From: Minisyncoccota bacterium
GTDB lineage: Bacteria; Patescibacteriota; Minisyncoccia; Phycocordibacterales; UBA9973
DNA length: 64,000 nt
Direction: 5' to 3'
Assembly: GCA_041659785.1 (NCBI GenBank)
Contig: JBAZXO010000004.1
Coordinates: 13,270-77,269 of the forward strand
Shown in pieces: positions 36,868 through 47,948 of the stretch. Position numbers and translations under genes: made by a program. The notes under the pieces are model-generated. The model was given only the letters and a program-made list of their open reading frames with translations. It was not told the origin of the DNA and did no database searches. Within the stretch, counting starts at the first letter, position 1. Every line of letters starts with the position of its first letter.

Positions 36868-36934
36868 AGTTTTTTGTTCTTTGTAATTTTTGAAGACCGT
36901 CGTAGGGCTAAAAAATTATAAAGAATTAAAAACT
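36868..36934 (+). repeat. Family C hairpin element, copy 2
   Basis: Same core as 32652-32718 with one mismatch and a different outer stem. Confidence 0.85.
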
Positions 36935-37592
36935 ACCCTCTACTTTCTAAAAACTTTACAGCCTCTTCCGGATTTTCTATTAAAAGATATTTATGATTTA
37001 AAACATCTAACGGATTTAAATTTTTCAAAAATACCAATTCTAATTGTGGTAAATTTCTAAAACTCTTTTCCATCTTTTCATCACGTCCAGAAAGTGCAGT
37101 TAATACTCTTGGTTTCTTTGAATCTGCAAGTGCCTTAAAGCCTGAAGCTTTCGCTAAATTCTTCATTGTCTCGACAGCAGTCTTTGTCTTTATTGAAGAC
37201 ATTGCCAAGCTATCAACAAAAACAATCTCTCCATCTTTAAACTTCTTTGAAAGTACAGAGAATAAAGCTTGTGCACGCATACTCTTTGAAATTTTTCTTT
37301 TGTAGTTTTTTTCAGCGAGTGGACCATGAGTAACTCCTCCACCAACCCAAATAGGACTTCTGGAAGATCCATGACGAGCACGGCCAGTTCCCTTTTGCTT
37401 CCAAGGCTTTTTACCACCTCCGCGAACTTCTCCGCGATCTTTTGTGTCAGCAGTACCTGAACGCTTATTGCTGCGCATGCCTTCTACTACTTGGTGCACT
37501 AAGTCTGCACGCCATTTAGCAGCAAAAACTTTTGCAGGAAGTTTTATAACTCCAGCTTCAGCACCTTTTTGGTTGTATATTTTGGCTTCCAT
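36933..37592 (-). CDS. rplD: 50S ribosomal protein uL4
   Basis: KPWKQKGTGRARHGS. Confidence 0.98.
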   Translation of the reverse strand: MEAKIYNQKGAEAGVIKLPAKVFAAKWRADLVHQVVEGMRSNKRSGTADTKDRGEVRGGGKKPWKQKGTGRARHGSSRSPIWVGGGVTHGPLAEKNYKRKISKSMRAQALFSVLSKKFKDGEIVFVDSLAMSSIKTKTAVETMKNLAKASGFKALADSKKPRVLTALSGRDEKMEKSFRNLPQLELVFLKNLNPLDVLNHKYLLIENPEEAVKFLESRG

Positions 37593-37596
37593 ATAA

Positions 37597-38211
37597 TTAT
37601 CTCTGTACTATTTCAACTAATGTTCCCTTTCGGCCAGCAACTGCTCCTTTTATAAGAAGTAAATTGTTTTCTTTATCAACAAAAACAACCTTAAGGTTTT
37701 TCTGCATGATACGGTCAGAACCCATTCTTCCTGCCATTCTCATTCCTTTTGGCACGTGAGTACGAAGTCCTCCACCGATACTTCCAGGTTCTCGCTCAGA
37801 ATGCTTTTGACCGTGTGTTCGTGGACCACCATGGAAACCATGACGCTTCACAACACCTTGGAAACCTTTACCCTTAGAGACACTCGTTACTTCTATCTTA
37901 TCTCCTGGGTTAAAAATAGAAACATCAATTACATCTCCTTCTTTTGCAGAGCTTTCATCTGTAGGTTTTAATCTGAATTCTTTAAGAGTTTTATAGAATG
38001 CGCCTTTCATTGCTCCAGCACTAGACTTGGAGACTCTTTCTTTTTTCTGTACGCCGAAACCAACTTGAACAGAATTGTATCCATCCTTAGCCTTTTCGAA
38101 GATTCTGGTAACAGTGATAGGTCCAGCATTTACAATAGTAACTGGAACAACCATTCCGTCTTCGGAAAAGTATTCTGCCATATTCTCTTTTGTTCCAAGG
38201 ATAAATTTCAT
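37597..38211 (-). CDS. rplC: 50S ribosomal protein uL3
   Basis: SKGKGFQGVVKRHGF, MAGRMG. Confidence 0.98.
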   Translation of the reverse strand: MKFILGTKENMAEYFSEDGMVVPVTIVNAGPITVTRIFEKAKDGYNSVQVGFGVQKKERVSKSSAGAMKGAFYKTLKEFRLKPTDESSAKEGDVIDVSIFNPGDKIEVTSVSKGKGFQGVVKRHGFHGGPRTHGQKHSEREPGSIGGGLRTHVPKGMRMAGRMGSDRIMQKNLKVVFVDKENNLLLIKGAVAGRKGTLVEIVQR

Positions 38212-38226
38212 AAATTAAATTTTTTG

Positions 38227-38652
38227 TTACATCATTTTAACGTCAATATCAACTCCGGAAGGTAACGTTAAATTAGTAAGGGCCTCAACGGTCTTTGGGT
38301 TTGGGTTTATGATATCAATTAATCTTTTGTGTACTCTTATTTCAAATTGTTCTCGTGTATTTTTGTAAATAAAAGCAGAACGATTAACTGTATATTTTTT
38401 GATTTCAGTTGGTAGTGGAACGGGACCTACTATTTGAGCATCATAACGGGTAGCAGTATCCATAATTTGTTTAACAGATGCATCTAAGATCTTGCTCTCG
38501 TAAGCACGAACTCGGATACGAAGTACAACCTTACCATCTCCTTTCTCTTTCTTGAGAGCAGCTTTTGGTATTTTTATTGTTGCAGCTTTGGCAACTTGTC
38601 CCGCTTTGGCGGTGGCTTTCGGCTTTTTTATTTTTGTATCTGTTGTTGTCAT
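38227..38652 (-). CDS. rpsJ: 30S ribosomal protein uS10 with K/A-rich N-terminal extension
   Basis: GPVPLPT, REQFEIRVHKRLIDI. Confidence 0.97.
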   Translation of the reverse strand: MTTTDTKIKKPKATAKAGQVAKAATIKIPKAALKKEKGDGKVVLRIRVRAYESKILDASVKQIMDTATRYDAQIVGPVPLPTEIKKYTVNRSAFIYKNTREQFEIRVHKRLIDIINPNPKTVEALTNLTLPSGVDIDVKMM

Positions 38653-38680
38653 GAATTTATTTTAAAGAACGCTCAAACTA

Positions 38681-39874
38681 TTAACCAAGAATTTTTGTAA
38701 CAACTCCTGCACCCACTGTCTTGCCTCCTTCTCGGATAGCGAAACGCATTGATTCTTCGAGGGCAACTGGAGTAACTAATTTAACTGTAATCTTTACTGT
38801 GTCTCCAGGCATAACCATTTCTGTACCTTCTGCGAGAGCAACATCACCAGTCACATCCGTAGTTCGGATATAGAACTGAGGTTTGTAACCCTTGAAGAAT
38901 GGAGTGTGACGTCCACCTTCTTCTTTCTTTAATACGTAAATTTCAGCAGTAAAATTATCATGTGGAGTAACTGTTCCTGGTTTTGCAAGAACTTGTCCAC
39001 GAGTAATATCTTCTTTCTTTAAACCTCGGAGAAGAATACCAGCGTTGTCGCCAGCCATACCTTCTTGAAGATTTTTGTTGAACATTTCAATTCCAGTAAC
39101 AGTTGTTTTCTGAGTAGGTTTGATTCCAACGATTTCTACTTCTTCACCAACTTTTACTACTCCTCTTTCGATTTTACCAGTTACAACTGTACCTCGGCCT
39201 TCAATTGAGAAGATGTCTTCTACAGGCATAAGGAAAGGCTTTGAAACATCACGCTCAGGAACAGGAATGTAAGTATCAAGAGCATTTGTTAATTCAAGGA
39301 TCTTTTGTGCCCAAGGATCATCTACAGATTTTGCTTCAAGACCCTTAAGAGCTGAACCACGGATGACAGGAGCATTTGCACCATCAAAACCTTGTTTAGT
39401 TAGAAGGTCGCGAATTTCTTCTTCAACCATGTCGATCATGTCTTTATCGTCAACCATGTCGCATTTGTTTAAGAAAACAATGATTCGAGGGACACCAACT
39501 TGTTTTGCAAGGAGAACGTGTTCACGTGTCTGAGGCATAGCACCATCAGTCGCTGCAACCACAAGAATAGCACCGTCCATTTGAGCGGCACCAGTAATCA
39601 TGTTTTTAATGTAGTCAGCGTGTCCTGGGGCATCGATGTGCGCATAGTGACGTGCATCTGTAGCGTACTCGTTGTGAGAAATGTTAATAGTGATTCCTCT
39701 AGCTTTTTCTTCAGGAGCATTGTCGATTTGATCAACACCACGAAGACGAACTGTCTTACCAGCTAAGTTAAGAACGTTCAAAATTGCCGCTGTTAAAGTG
39801 GTCTTTCCGTGGTCAACGTGACCGATTGTTCCCACGTTTACGTGTGGCTTATCTCTTTTAAATTCTTCTGCCAT
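38681..39874 (-). CDS. tuf: Elongation factor Tu
   Basis: [26 protein letters not shown]. Confidence 0.99.
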   Translation of the reverse strand: MAEEFKRDKPHVNVGTIGHVDHGKTTLTAAILNVLNLAGKTVRLRGVDQIDNAPEEKARGITINISHNEYATDARHYAHIDAPGHADYIKNMITGAAQMDGAILVVAATDGAMPQTREHVLLAKQVGVPRIIVFLNKCDMVDDKDMIDMVEEEIRDLLTKQGFDGANAPVIRGSALKGLEAKSVDDPWAQKILELTNALDTYIPVPERDVSKPFLMPVEDIFSIEGRGTVVTGKIERGVVKVGEEVEIVGIKPTQKTTVTGIEMFNKNLQEGMAGDNAGILLRGLKKEDITRGQVLAKPGTVTPHDNFTAEIYVLKKEEGGRHTPFFKGYKPQFYIRTTDVTGDVALAEGTEMVMPGDTVKITVKLVTPVALEESMRFAIREGGKTVGAGVVTKILG

Positions 39875-40035
39875 AATATTTTTTGAGCTAACAATTAAAA
39901 CTTAACGTACGAGAACCAGTCGCTAAGGCCTAATTACTAACCTAATTAACTAATAATTTTAAAAAGCAAAACAAAAACTGCAGAAAGTGCAGTTATTTAG
40001 ATAATAGCAGATTAGAAAATAAAGTCAAATCAAAC

Positions 40036-40073
40036 AAAGGGCGGTCCTTCGTGTATACGAAGGACCGCCCTTT
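40036..40073. terminator. Terminator after fusA / family F doublet palindrome
   Basis: AAAGGGCGGTCCTTCGT-GTAT-ACGAAGGACCGCCCTTT. Confidence 0.7.
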
Positions 40074-40096
40074 TTAAAAATTTCTTTAAAATTATT

Positions 40097-42247
40097 CTAT
40101 TTTCTTGCAGCAATAATGGTTTCAGCGACGTTGTTTGGCACTATGTCATAACGGAAGAATTCCATTGTGAAAGACGCACGGCCTTCAGTCATTGAGCGAA
40201 GTCCTGTCATGTAACCGAACATTTCAGAAAGAGGAACGACTGCTTTTATAACTTTATTCATTCCACGATCTTCCATACCTTCGATGAGTCCACGTTTTGA
40301 AGAAAGATTTCCTGTAACGTCTCCCATGAATTTATCTGGAGTAACGACTTCTACTTTCATCATCGGTTCTAGAATAACAGGATTTGCACGTCGGCATGCG
40401 TCTTGGATAGCCATAGAGGAAGCAATTTTGAAAGCCATTTCGTTTGAGTCCACTTCGTGGTAACTTCCATCCCAAAGTTCAACTGAAACATTTACCATTT
40501 TGAACCCAGCTAAAATTCCACGATCGAGTCCTTCCTTGAATCCCTTTTCACAAGGAGCAATGTATTCTTGTGGAATAACACCTCCTTTAATAGTGTTAAC
40601 GAATTCGAAACCTTCAGATCTCTTGGTATTCTTAGGTAGATCTTCCATTTCTTCTTTAGTAAGCATTTCCATTGGCTTCACTTTAATCTTTACGTGTCCG
40701 TAGTTTCCACGTCCGCCTGATTGCTTGATGTATTTACCTTCTGCATCAGATTTACCAGTAATGGTCTCTCTGTAGGCTACTTGAGGCTTACCGACATTAG
40801 CTTCCACGGTAAACTCACGCTTCATACGATCAACGATAATTTCAAGGTGAAGCTCTCCCATTCCGGCGATAATAGTCTCCCCTGTTTCTTGGTCGGTTGT
40901 AACTTTAAAGGTTGGGTCTTCTTGAGCAAGTCGATTAAGCGCCATTCCCATTTTTTCTTGATCTGCTTTTGTCTTTGGTTCAATGCGAAGCTGAATAACT
41001 GGTTCAGGGAAAACAATTCTATTTAATTCGATAGGATTATTTTCATCACAAATAGTATCTGAAGTGATGGTGTCTTTGAGTCCGACAGCGGCAGCAATTT
41101 CTCCGGCGAAAACTTGTTTCACTTCTTCTCGATCGTTTGCATGCATACGCAAGATTCGGCCGATGCGTTCTTTATTTCGTGTACGTGGATTATATATATA
41201 ACTTCCAGCCATCAAGCTTCCTGAGTAAACACGGAAGAAAATAATTTGTCCGACGAATGGATCAGTCGCAACCTTGAAAGCAAGAGCAGCGAAAGGTTCC
41301 TTGTCATCTGCATGACGGACCATAGGCTCTTCAGTCTCTGGGTTAATTCCAGGGATTGGAGGAATATCTGTAGGAGCTGGTAAGTAATCTACAACAGCGT
41401 CGAGTACGAGCTGAACGCCTTTGTTTTTCAAAGCAGAACCAGCATATACTGGGAAAATCTCGTTTGCAATTACAGCTTTACGTAGAGTTTTCTTTAAGAC
41501 ATCGATATTTGGAATTACTCCTTCTAAATATTCAGTCATCATGACTTCATCTGTCTCAACTATTTTTTCAATCAATTCACCGTGGAATTTTTCTGCTTCA
41601 GCTTTCATGTCATCAGGAATTTCTTTTTCGATAACTTTATTACCCATTTCACCTTCGAAGTAATAAGCCTTCATGCGAAGCAAATCGATAACACCTTCGT
41701 GTTTTTCTTCGAGTCCGATAGGGATCTGCATGCGAACAGCTTTCTTGGTAAGTCTGTCTAAAATAGTCGCAAACGAATGTTCAAAGGATGCACCAGTTCT
41801 GTCTAGTTTGTTTATGAAACAAACACGAGGAACTTTCGCTTCGTCAGCATAACGCCAGTTTGTTTCTGATTGAGGCTCTACTCCAGCCACACCATCGAAG
41901 ACGACGACTGCTCCGTCGAGCACGCGAAGAGAACGCTTCACCTCAACAGTGAAATCGATGTGTCCAGGTGTATCAATAATATTAAAACGATGTTTTTTAG
42001 TCTTATCTTTTATGTCCGCATAAGTAGGAGTCCAGAAACATGTGACAGCCGCGGAGGTAATGGTGATACCACGTTCTCGCTCTTGTTCCATCCAATCAGT
42101 GGTGGTTTCTCCATCGTGAACTTCACCGATTTTGTGAGATACTCCAGTATAAAAAAGCACACGTTCTGTCGTGGTCGTCTTTCCAGCATCGATATGCGCA
42201 ATAATTCCAATATTCCTAACTTTTTCTAGCGGATAATCTCGTTCCAT
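40097..42247 (-). CDS. fusA: Elongation factor G
   Basis: [26 protein letters not shown]. Confidence 0.99.
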   Translation of the reverse strand: MERDYPLEKVRNIGIIAHIDAGKTTTTERVLFYTGVSHKIGEVHDGETTTDWMEQERERGITITSAAVTCFWTPTYADIKDKTKKHRFNIIDTPGHIDFTVEVKRSLRVLDGAVVVFDGVAGVEPQSETNWRYADEAKVPRVCFINKLDRTGASFEHSFATILDRLTKKAVRMQIPIGLEEKHEGVIDLLRMKAYYFEGEMGNKVIEKEIPDDMKAEAEKFHGELIEKIVETDEVMMTEYLEGVIPNIDVLKKTLRKAVIANEIFPVYAGSALKNKGVQLVLDAVVDYLPAPTDIPPIPGINPETEEPMVRHADDKEPFAALAFKVATDPFVGQIIFFRVYSGSLMAGSYIYNPRTRNKERIGRILRMHANDREEVKQVFAGEIAAAVGLKDTITSDTICDENNPIELNRIVFPEPVIQLRIEPKTKADQEKMGMALNRLAQEDPTFKVTTDQETGETIIAGMGELHLEIIVDRMKREFTVEANVGKPQVAYRETITGKSDAEGKYIKQSGGRGNYGHVKIKVKPMEMLTKEEMEDLPKNTKRSEGFEFVNTIKGGVIPQEYIAPCEKGFKEGLDRGILAGFKMVNVSVELWDGSYHEVDSNEMAFKIASSMAIQDACRRANPVILEPMMKVEVVTPDKFMGDVTGNLSSKRGLIEGMEDRGMNKVIKAVVPLSEMFGYMTGLRSMTEGRASFTMEFFRYDIVPNNVAETIIAARK

Positions 42248-42256
42248 ATATTTAAA

Positions 42257-42727
42257 TTACCAAGCAAAGTGAGCGAAGGCTTTGTTTGCCTCTGCCATTT
42301 TGTGAGTATCTTCTTTCTTTTTAATAGCTGCGCCTTCGTTCTTTGAAGCTGCAATTAATTCATCAGCAAGTTTTATGTGCATTGGGGAACCTTTTTTACT
42401 TCGAGCAGCATCACGAATCCATCTCATAGCAAGCGCGAGTCTTCTTTCAGGACGGACTTCTCTAGGAACTTGGTAGTTCGCACCTCCGATACGCTTTGAG
42501 CGAACTTCAGTAAGAGGACCAGCGTTCTTCATAGCGAGGTCGAAAATTTCTAGAGGATTTGGGTTGCCTGTTTTTTCTTTAATGATATCAAAAGCTTTGT
42601 ACATGATTTTTCGAGAAGTCTCCTTCTTTCCAGACCACATGACATAGTTAATAAACTTCTCTAATTTTTGAGAGTTATAAACAAAGTCAGGCTCTACGAT
42701 ATTTCTATTTTTTACTTTTCTTCGCAT
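42257..42727 (-). CDS. rpsG: 30S ribosomal protein uS7
   Basis: RIGGANYQVP, HKMAEANKAFAH. Confidence 0.98.
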   Translation of the reverse strand: MRRKVKNRNIVEPDFVYNSQKLEKFINYVMWSGKKETSRKIMYKAFDIIKEKTGNPNPLEIFDLAMKNAGPLTEVRSKRIGGANYQVPREVRPERRLALAMRWIRDAARSKKGSPMHIKLADELIAASKNEGAAIKKKEDTHKMAEANKAFAHFAW

Positions 42728-42739
42728 AATATTTAAAAA

Positions 42740-43162
42740 TTATTTCTTTTCTTTCTTAGGTCTCTTGTTTCCGTATAGTGATCGAGATTGTCTTCTCTTC
42801 TCTACGCCTTGAGTATCGAGAACTCCACGAACGATGTGATATCTTACTCCAATCAAGTCTTTCACACGTCCACCTCGGAGCATGACGACTGAGTGTTCTT
42901 GTAAGTTGTGTCCTTCTCCTGGGATGTAGGCTGTTACTTCCATACCGTTTGTAAGACGAACTCTCGCAATCTTTCGAAGAGCGGAGTTAGGCTTTTTAGG
43001 AGTTGTGGTAGAAACCTTGGTGCAGACTCCACGCTTGAATGGTGAAGGGAAAAATACTGGTCTGTTCTTAAGAACGTTAAAACCACGAGCAAGAGCCACG
43101 GTCTTGTGCTTGGCGTGCATTTTAGTTCTATTTTTCTTTATTAATTGGTTTATTGTTGGCAT
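42740..43162 (-). CDS. rpsL: 30S ribosomal protein uS12 (start MPTINQL)
   Basis: [19 protein letters not shown]. Confidence 0.98.
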   Translation of the reverse strand: MPTINQLIKKNRTKMHAKHKTVALARGFNVLKNRPVFFPSPFKRGVCTKVSTTTPKKPNSALRKIARVRLTNGMEVTAYIPGEGHNLQEHSVVMLRGGRVKDLIGVRYHIVRGVLDTQGVEKRRQSRSLYGNKRPKKEKK

Positions 43163-43240
43163 ACAAAAGAGACTAATGAAAACAAAAGAGTCCGAAGACT
43201 CGGTTAAAAATATACTATATAAGTATAAAAATTGCAAATA

Positions 43241-43313
43241 TTCACCTCACCCGACCTTCGGCCACCCTCTCCATAATTTTAGAATTATGGAGAGGGGCTG
43301 GGGGTGAGGTGAA
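43241..43313 (+). repeat. Family B REP-like element, copy 3
   Basis: TTCACCTCACCC...CCCTCTCCATAATT...AATTATGGAGAGGG...GGGTGAGGTGAA. Confidence 0.85.
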
Positions 43314-43314
43314 T

Positions 43315-43956
43315 TTAAAATGTAAGCCCAGTAATAAAATTAAAAAAGAAAGATAATATTGGATATAAATAATTGGAAAAGAAAATTATAAATATAAGCA
43401 ACAAAAAGAAAGAATATCGCTCATAGGCTGAAATAAACAAAAAAGCTGATTCTGGTAAAAAGGAAAAGAATATTTTGGAACCATCAAGGGGTGGAATAGG
43501 GATGAGGTTAAATACCGCTAATGCTAAGTTTATCAAAACAATAATAGATGTGATTTTATAAAATGAAATTTGAGCAAGTGGGTTAAAAATAGAAAAACCA
43601 AGAGATGGTGCAAGACGAATCAGAAGTCCGAACACGATTGCAATCATTAAGTTTGCTAAAATTCCAGCCGCAGCTACAGCAATGGTCCCCCATTTTCTAT
43701 TACTTAAATTATTTGGATTATAAGGCACAGGCTTTGCCCAACCAAAAAGGAAACCAGCATGCGACAATATCAAAACTGCCGGTAAGATTATTGAACCAAA
43801 TAAATCTAGGTGCTTAATTGGGTTTAAGGTTAGGCGTCCAGCGTTTCTAGCTGTGTCATCACCGAAATATTCCGCCATGAAACCATGCGAAACTTCGTGA
43901 ATCACCACAGACATAATAAGTATAGCTATATAAAAAATCGCGTCAGTCCCTTGCAT
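43315..43956 (-). CDS. Site-2 (M50) membrane metalloprotease
   Basis: HEVSHG, GRLTLNP, GWAKPVP, FNLIPIPPLDG. Confidence 0.95.
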   Translation of the reverse strand: MQGTDAIFYIAILIMSVVIHEVSHGFMAEYFGDDTARNAGRLTLNPIKHLDLFGSIILPAVLILSHAGFLFGWAKPVPYNPNNLSNRKWGTIAVAAAGILANLMIAIVFGLLIRLAPSLGFSIFNPLAQISFYKITSIIVLINLALAVFNLIPIPPLDGSKIFFSFLPESAFLFISAYERYSFFLLLIFIIFFSNYLYPILSFFFNFITGLTF

Positions 43957-43988
43957 AATGATGTTTCTAATGATAGCATAGAAAAGTT

Positions 43989-44234
43989 ATGAAAAAAACG
44001 TGTGCAATAACTAAAAAAGGTTCAATTGTCGGAGGCGGATACTCTAATAGAACCCGTGCCACCAAATTCAACCCAACCGGCAAAAAGAGAAAATACCCAA
44101 ATCTTCAAAAGAAGAGGATCTTTGTCCCTGAAATAAATAAAACAGTAAACATAGAAATTTCAGCCCGAGGCATGCGTACAATGACTAAAAACGGAACCTA
44201 CGCTACCCTCCTCAAAGCCGGACTCATCAAATAA
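43989..44234 (+). CDS. rpmB: 50S ribosomal protein bL28
   Basis: CAITKK, KRKYPNLQKK, ISARGMRT. Confidence 0.85.
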   Translation: MKKTCAITKKGSIVGGGYSNRTRATKFNPTGKKRKYPNLQKKRIFVPEINKTVNIEISARGMRTMTKNGTYATLLKAGLIK

Positions 44235-44235
44235 A

Positions 44236-44276
44236 CAAATAAAAAACCTCACTTATGGTGAGGTTTTTTATTTGTA
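44236..44276. terminator. Bidirectional terminator
   Basis: ACAAATAAAAAACCTCAC/GTGAGGTTTTTTATTTGT stem. Confidence 0.75.
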
Positions 44277-44281
44277 AATTT

Positions 44282-45562
44282 TTAGGCTGGCACAAAGGTT
44301 AGGGCATTCCCCTTTTTGCCTGCGCGGCCGGTTCGGCCGATGCGGTGCACATAAGTATCGTAGGTTTGTGGTACGTCAAAGTTTATGACATGAGTAACAT
44401 CTGGAATATCAAGTCCACGGGCTGCCACATCTGTCGCAATCAAGATATTGATTTGATCTTTTTTAAACATATCGAGAGTTCGGATACGCTCACGGCTTCT
44501 TTTGTCGCCATGAATACACCCAACCTTGAACCCCATATGAGCAAGCTCTTTTGTGAGTGTGTCCACGCTGTGTTTCATTTCTCGGAAAATAAGGACCTTG
44601 TCAGAACCATCTTTTTTCAAGACTTCGTGAAGTTTTTCTAATTGTTCATCTTTGCCTCTGTATCTGATAACGTCTTGTTCAATATTTTTTGCTGTCTCAC
44701 CGGAAATTACTGAAATAAAAACAGGATTTACTAAATAAAGTTCTGTTAATTTCTTAATATCAGCAGATAGTGTAGCAGAGAAGAAAAGCGTCTGACGGCC
44801 TTCCTTTGGTGTTTTACCTATAATGTAGACCATATCGTCTCTGAAGCCCATGTCGAGCATTCTGTCTGCCTCGTCGAGCACAACAGAGTGACAAGTAGAA
44901 AGGTCGAGAACTTTTTTATCAATTAAATCTCTTATTCTACCTGGAGTACCAATGACAAATGAAACTCCCATTTTTATTTCTCGAATTTGCTTCATGATTG
45001 GTAGGCCTCCTACACAAGCAACAGAAAACATCCCGAAGCCAAAAGCGAGATTTTTAAAATCAGATTCTATCTGAAGTGCGAGTTCTCTGGTCGGAGCCAT
45101 TATCAAAACTGTTTCTCTTTTATTCATTCCTTTAGTCTTTGAAATCTTTTCAATCAAAGGAAGCAAAAAGGCAGCAGTCTTACCTGTACCAGTATTTGCC
45201 ATACCGAAAACGTCCTTTCCTTGCATCACAGAAGGAATAGCTTGGTCCTGAATAGGCCTTGGGTTTGTATATCCAGCTCTTTCAATATTTTTATAAAGTT
45301 GAGAATTAAAAGGAAAATCTGCAAAAGTATGTTTTGCAACATAAGGCTTTTCTTCCACGTGAGTAGCTTTCTTTATGAAACGAGAAAAATCTATACGTTC
45401 ACCACGTGATCTTTTACTTGCCCCGCCTTGGCGGTGGTTACTTGATGGTCTACTCCCCCTAAAGCTAGGACGAGAACTACCAAATCTTTTAGCCCCGCCG
45501 AAGCGAGAACTTGAATGCGGTCTAGCCGAAGCTGGACGCGCAAAACTGCGTTTGTTAATCAT
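44282..45562 (-). CDS. DEAD-box RNA helicase with basic low-complexity N-terminus
   Basis: TGTGKT, PTRELA, DEAD, SAT, ARGLD, HRIGRTGR. Confidence 0.95.
   Translation of the reverse strand: MINKRSFARPASARPHSSSRFGGAKRFGSSRPSFRGSRPSSNHRQGGASKRSRGERIDFSRFIKKATHVEEKPYVAKHTFADFPFNSQLYKNIERAGYTNPRPIQDQAIPSVMQGKDVFGMANTGTGKTAAFLLPLIEKISKTKGMNKRETVLIMAPTRELALQIESDFKNLAFGFGMFSVACVGGLPIMKQIREIKMGVSFVIGTPGRIRDLIDKKVLDLSTCHSVVLDEADRMLDMGFRDDMVYIIGKTPKEGRQTLFFSATLSADIKKLTELYLVNPVFISVISGETAKNIEQDVIRYRGKDEQLEKLHEVLKKDGSDKVLIFREMKHSVDTLTKELAHMGFKVGCIHGDKRSRERIRTLDMFKKDQINILIATDVAARGLDIPDVTHVINFDVPQTYDTYVHRIGRTGRAGKKGNALTFVPA
45417..45437 (-). repeat. Family A palindrome in-frame in DEAD-box helicase (HRQGGAS)
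   Basis: Reverse complement CCACCGCCAAGGCGGGGCAAG. Confidence 0.65.
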
Positions 45563-45780
45563 ATATTTCTTTGTGTCATGGTAACCAATCTTCACGACTC
45601 AAAGTCATAATTGATTTCCATCACGTGCCCGCCCTAACTTTAGTGTTGGCGGGAGCTCAGTCTCGTTATATTAAGCTCGTCCGCCTATGGCGTGAGATGA
45701 GAATGATGTATAAAGAATAGCATTTCTATCTATATTTGTCAATGATTTCTTAATCTAGAGAAAAAAGATATACTAAAAAT

Positions 45781-47136
45781 ATGCCAAATAAAAATCTTGA
45801 TGAACTCAAGCATTATGAAACTCAAATACAGGGTGGCGGTATTGTTATTGTTCTTGATACAGGCTCAGTCATAGGGCCAGAGTCTTCTGCTATGCTACAA
45901 GCTCTTCACTCTAGGTCTACTGGAGGACTCAAGAGTCATCTGAAAATGCTTTCAGAAAAAGGATCAGACAATTTTATGAAAAATTTTTATGTTGGCTACG
46001 GACATAAATCCATCGGTGATTGTGGCAGTACTTCTATTTTTATAGAAGGTATCTCGATGTTGGCCGCAAAAGCAATTCAAGATTGGCCTCTTTATTCTGG
46101 ACAAGAATCTTCTACTCGCTACGTCGACTTCAAAACTCAACCATTTAAAAACCCATTTCAAACAAAAGAAGGAGAAGAAATATTAGAATCCTGGAGAAGC
46201 TTTTATATCGAAATGTTAGAAATAATGAAAGTAGATCTTAAGAAACAATTTCCAATTAATGAAGGTGAACCTGTAAATATCTATGACAAAGCAATCAATG
46301 CGCGAGCATTCGATATATTAAGAGGATTTCTCCCCGCTGGATCTACGACAAACATAGCTTGGCATACAAATTTAAGACAAGCAGCTGATAAATTAATGCT
46401 TCTTCGTCATCATCCCCTTCTCGAGGTACGAAATGTTGCAGAAGCAATACACCAGACATTGGTTGCATCTTTCCCAAATTCTTTTGGACATAAATTTTAT
46501 GATGAAACAGAAAACTACAACGACTTCTGGATGAAAAATGATTATTATTATCATGACAAAAATTGCCCAGACTTTAAAGTCGTAAATAATTCTATAAATA
46601 CAAAACTTTTATCAAAAGAAGTTTTAGAAAAAAGACCACCAAAAACAGAAGTACCTAAACATGTAGCCGAAGCTGGAACTTTGCAATTAGAATTCATTCT
46701 TGATTTTGGTTCTTTCCGTGATTTACAGAGACATCGAGCAGTTACTCAAAGAATGCCACTAATTACAACTGAGATAGGATTCGAAAAATGGTATATAAAT
46801 GAACTTCCCAAGGAACACAGAGCAAAAGCAGAATCTTTTATTAAAGAACAAGAAGAAAAAATAAGTAAATTAAATATTTCCAAGGAAGAGAAACAGTACT
46901 ATTTAGCAATGGGATACAATACCTCAAATAGACTAACGGGAAACATTCCGGCCTTAGTTTACTTGGCAGAATTAAGAGCTACACGTTTTGTACATCCAAC
47001 ACTCCGAAGAAAGGCGAAAATGCTGGCTGAAACACTCTCAGAACTTTTTGGTAAATTTGGCTTAGTAATGCACCTAGACAGTGAGATAGATAGGTTTGAT
47101 ATCAAGCGCGGAGAGCATGATATTGTGATGAAATAA
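45781..47136 (+). CDS. thyX: FAD-dependent thymidylate synthase, double-domain form
   Basis: GYGHKSIGD, QESSTRY, FRDLQRHR; about twice the usual length; next to TMK-like and dCMP deaminase genes. Confidence 0.8.
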   Translation: MPNKNLDELKHYETQIQGGGIVIVLDTGSVIGPESSAMLQALHSRSTGGLKSHLKMLSEKGSDNFMKNFYVGYGHKSIGDCGSTSIFIEGISMLAAKAIQDWPLYSGQESSTRYVDFKTQPFKNPFQTKEGEEILESWRSFYIEMLEIMKVDLKKQFPINEGEPVNIYDKAINARAFDILRGFLPAGSTTNIAWHTNLRQAADKLMLLRHHPLLEVRNVAEAIHQTLVASFPNSFGHKFYDETENYNDFWMKNDYYYHDKNCPDFKVVNNSINTKLLSKEVLEKRPPKTEVPKHVAEAGTLQLEFILDFGSFRDLQRHRAVTQRMPLITTEIGFEKWYINELPKEHRAKAESFIKEQEEKISKLNISKEEKQYYLAMGYNTSNRLTGNIPALVYLAELRATRFVHPTLRRKAKMLAETLSELFGKFGLVMHLDSEIDRFDIKRGEHDIVMK

Positions 47137-47153
47137 AACACAACTAAATTTCT

Positions 47154-47948
47154 ATGGCAGGAATTGAAGAATTTATCAAAGGAAAAAAAGAATTCAAGGA
47201 ATCTTATGAAGGATTAAAAAATGAGCCCAATCTCATAACTGTTGATGGTCCTGATGGAGTTGGAAAAACAACTATTTCAAGAAAGGTAGTTGAAAAATTA
47301 AAAGAAAAGCTTAAAAACGAAGGTAAAGACCCTAATAATGTAGTTTACTTTAAATATATTAATTTAATTGATACAAAAAGTCAGGAAACCATTGATAGAG
47401 AAATAAGAAGTTGTAAAGATAAAACAACTGGTCTATGGGATAAAAGCAAAATTGAACATCTAATAAAACTCTTCTCTGCAAAGCTAAATAGGTCTTACCA
47501 TGACCACGTTGTCCCCTTAATAAAAGCCAATAAGATTGTTGTCGTTGATCGATCAGAAGTAGATATGTTTCGTGCTTGCCTAGAATGGGGTAATGAGGAA
47601 TTATTAAACACAGTTATCCAATATATGAAATCTGGAACACTAACTAATGGAATTTCTGCGGGAAACAGAATATTTGTATATTCAAACGCAACTGATATAC
47701 ATAAAAATCTAAGCAAAAGAAAAGAAAATCTAAGCCCTAATGATCCAAGGTCCCTAGCAGATGTGGATGCCAGAATAAAAAAAGAAGCAGAGGCAGAAAA
47801 TTTAATTGCAAAAATAAATGAAGCTGAAGAAACTAATATTATAAAGATAGAACATAAGCGGATTGAAAATGAGGAAGGGTTAGATATAAAATTTGAAAAA
47901 ATTGCAGAAGAAATTATAAATAAACTAAAATTAAAAGAACATGAATGA
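47154..47948 (+). CDS. dTMP-kinase-like P-loop kinase
   Basis: TVDGPDGVGKTT, IVVVDRS. Confidence 0.7.
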   Translation: MAGIEEFIKGKKEFKESYEGLKNEPNLITVDGPDGVGKTTISRKVVEKLKEKLKNEGKDPNNVVYFKYINLIDTKSQETIDREIRSCKDKTTGLWDKSKIEHLIKLFSAKLNRSYHDHVVPLIKANKIVVVDRSEVDMFRACLEWGNEELLNTVIQYMKSGTLTNGISAGNRIFVYSNATDIHKNLSKRKENLSPNDPRSLADVDARIKKEAEAENLIAKINEAEETNIIKIEHKRIENEEGLDIKFEKIAEEIINKLKLKEHE

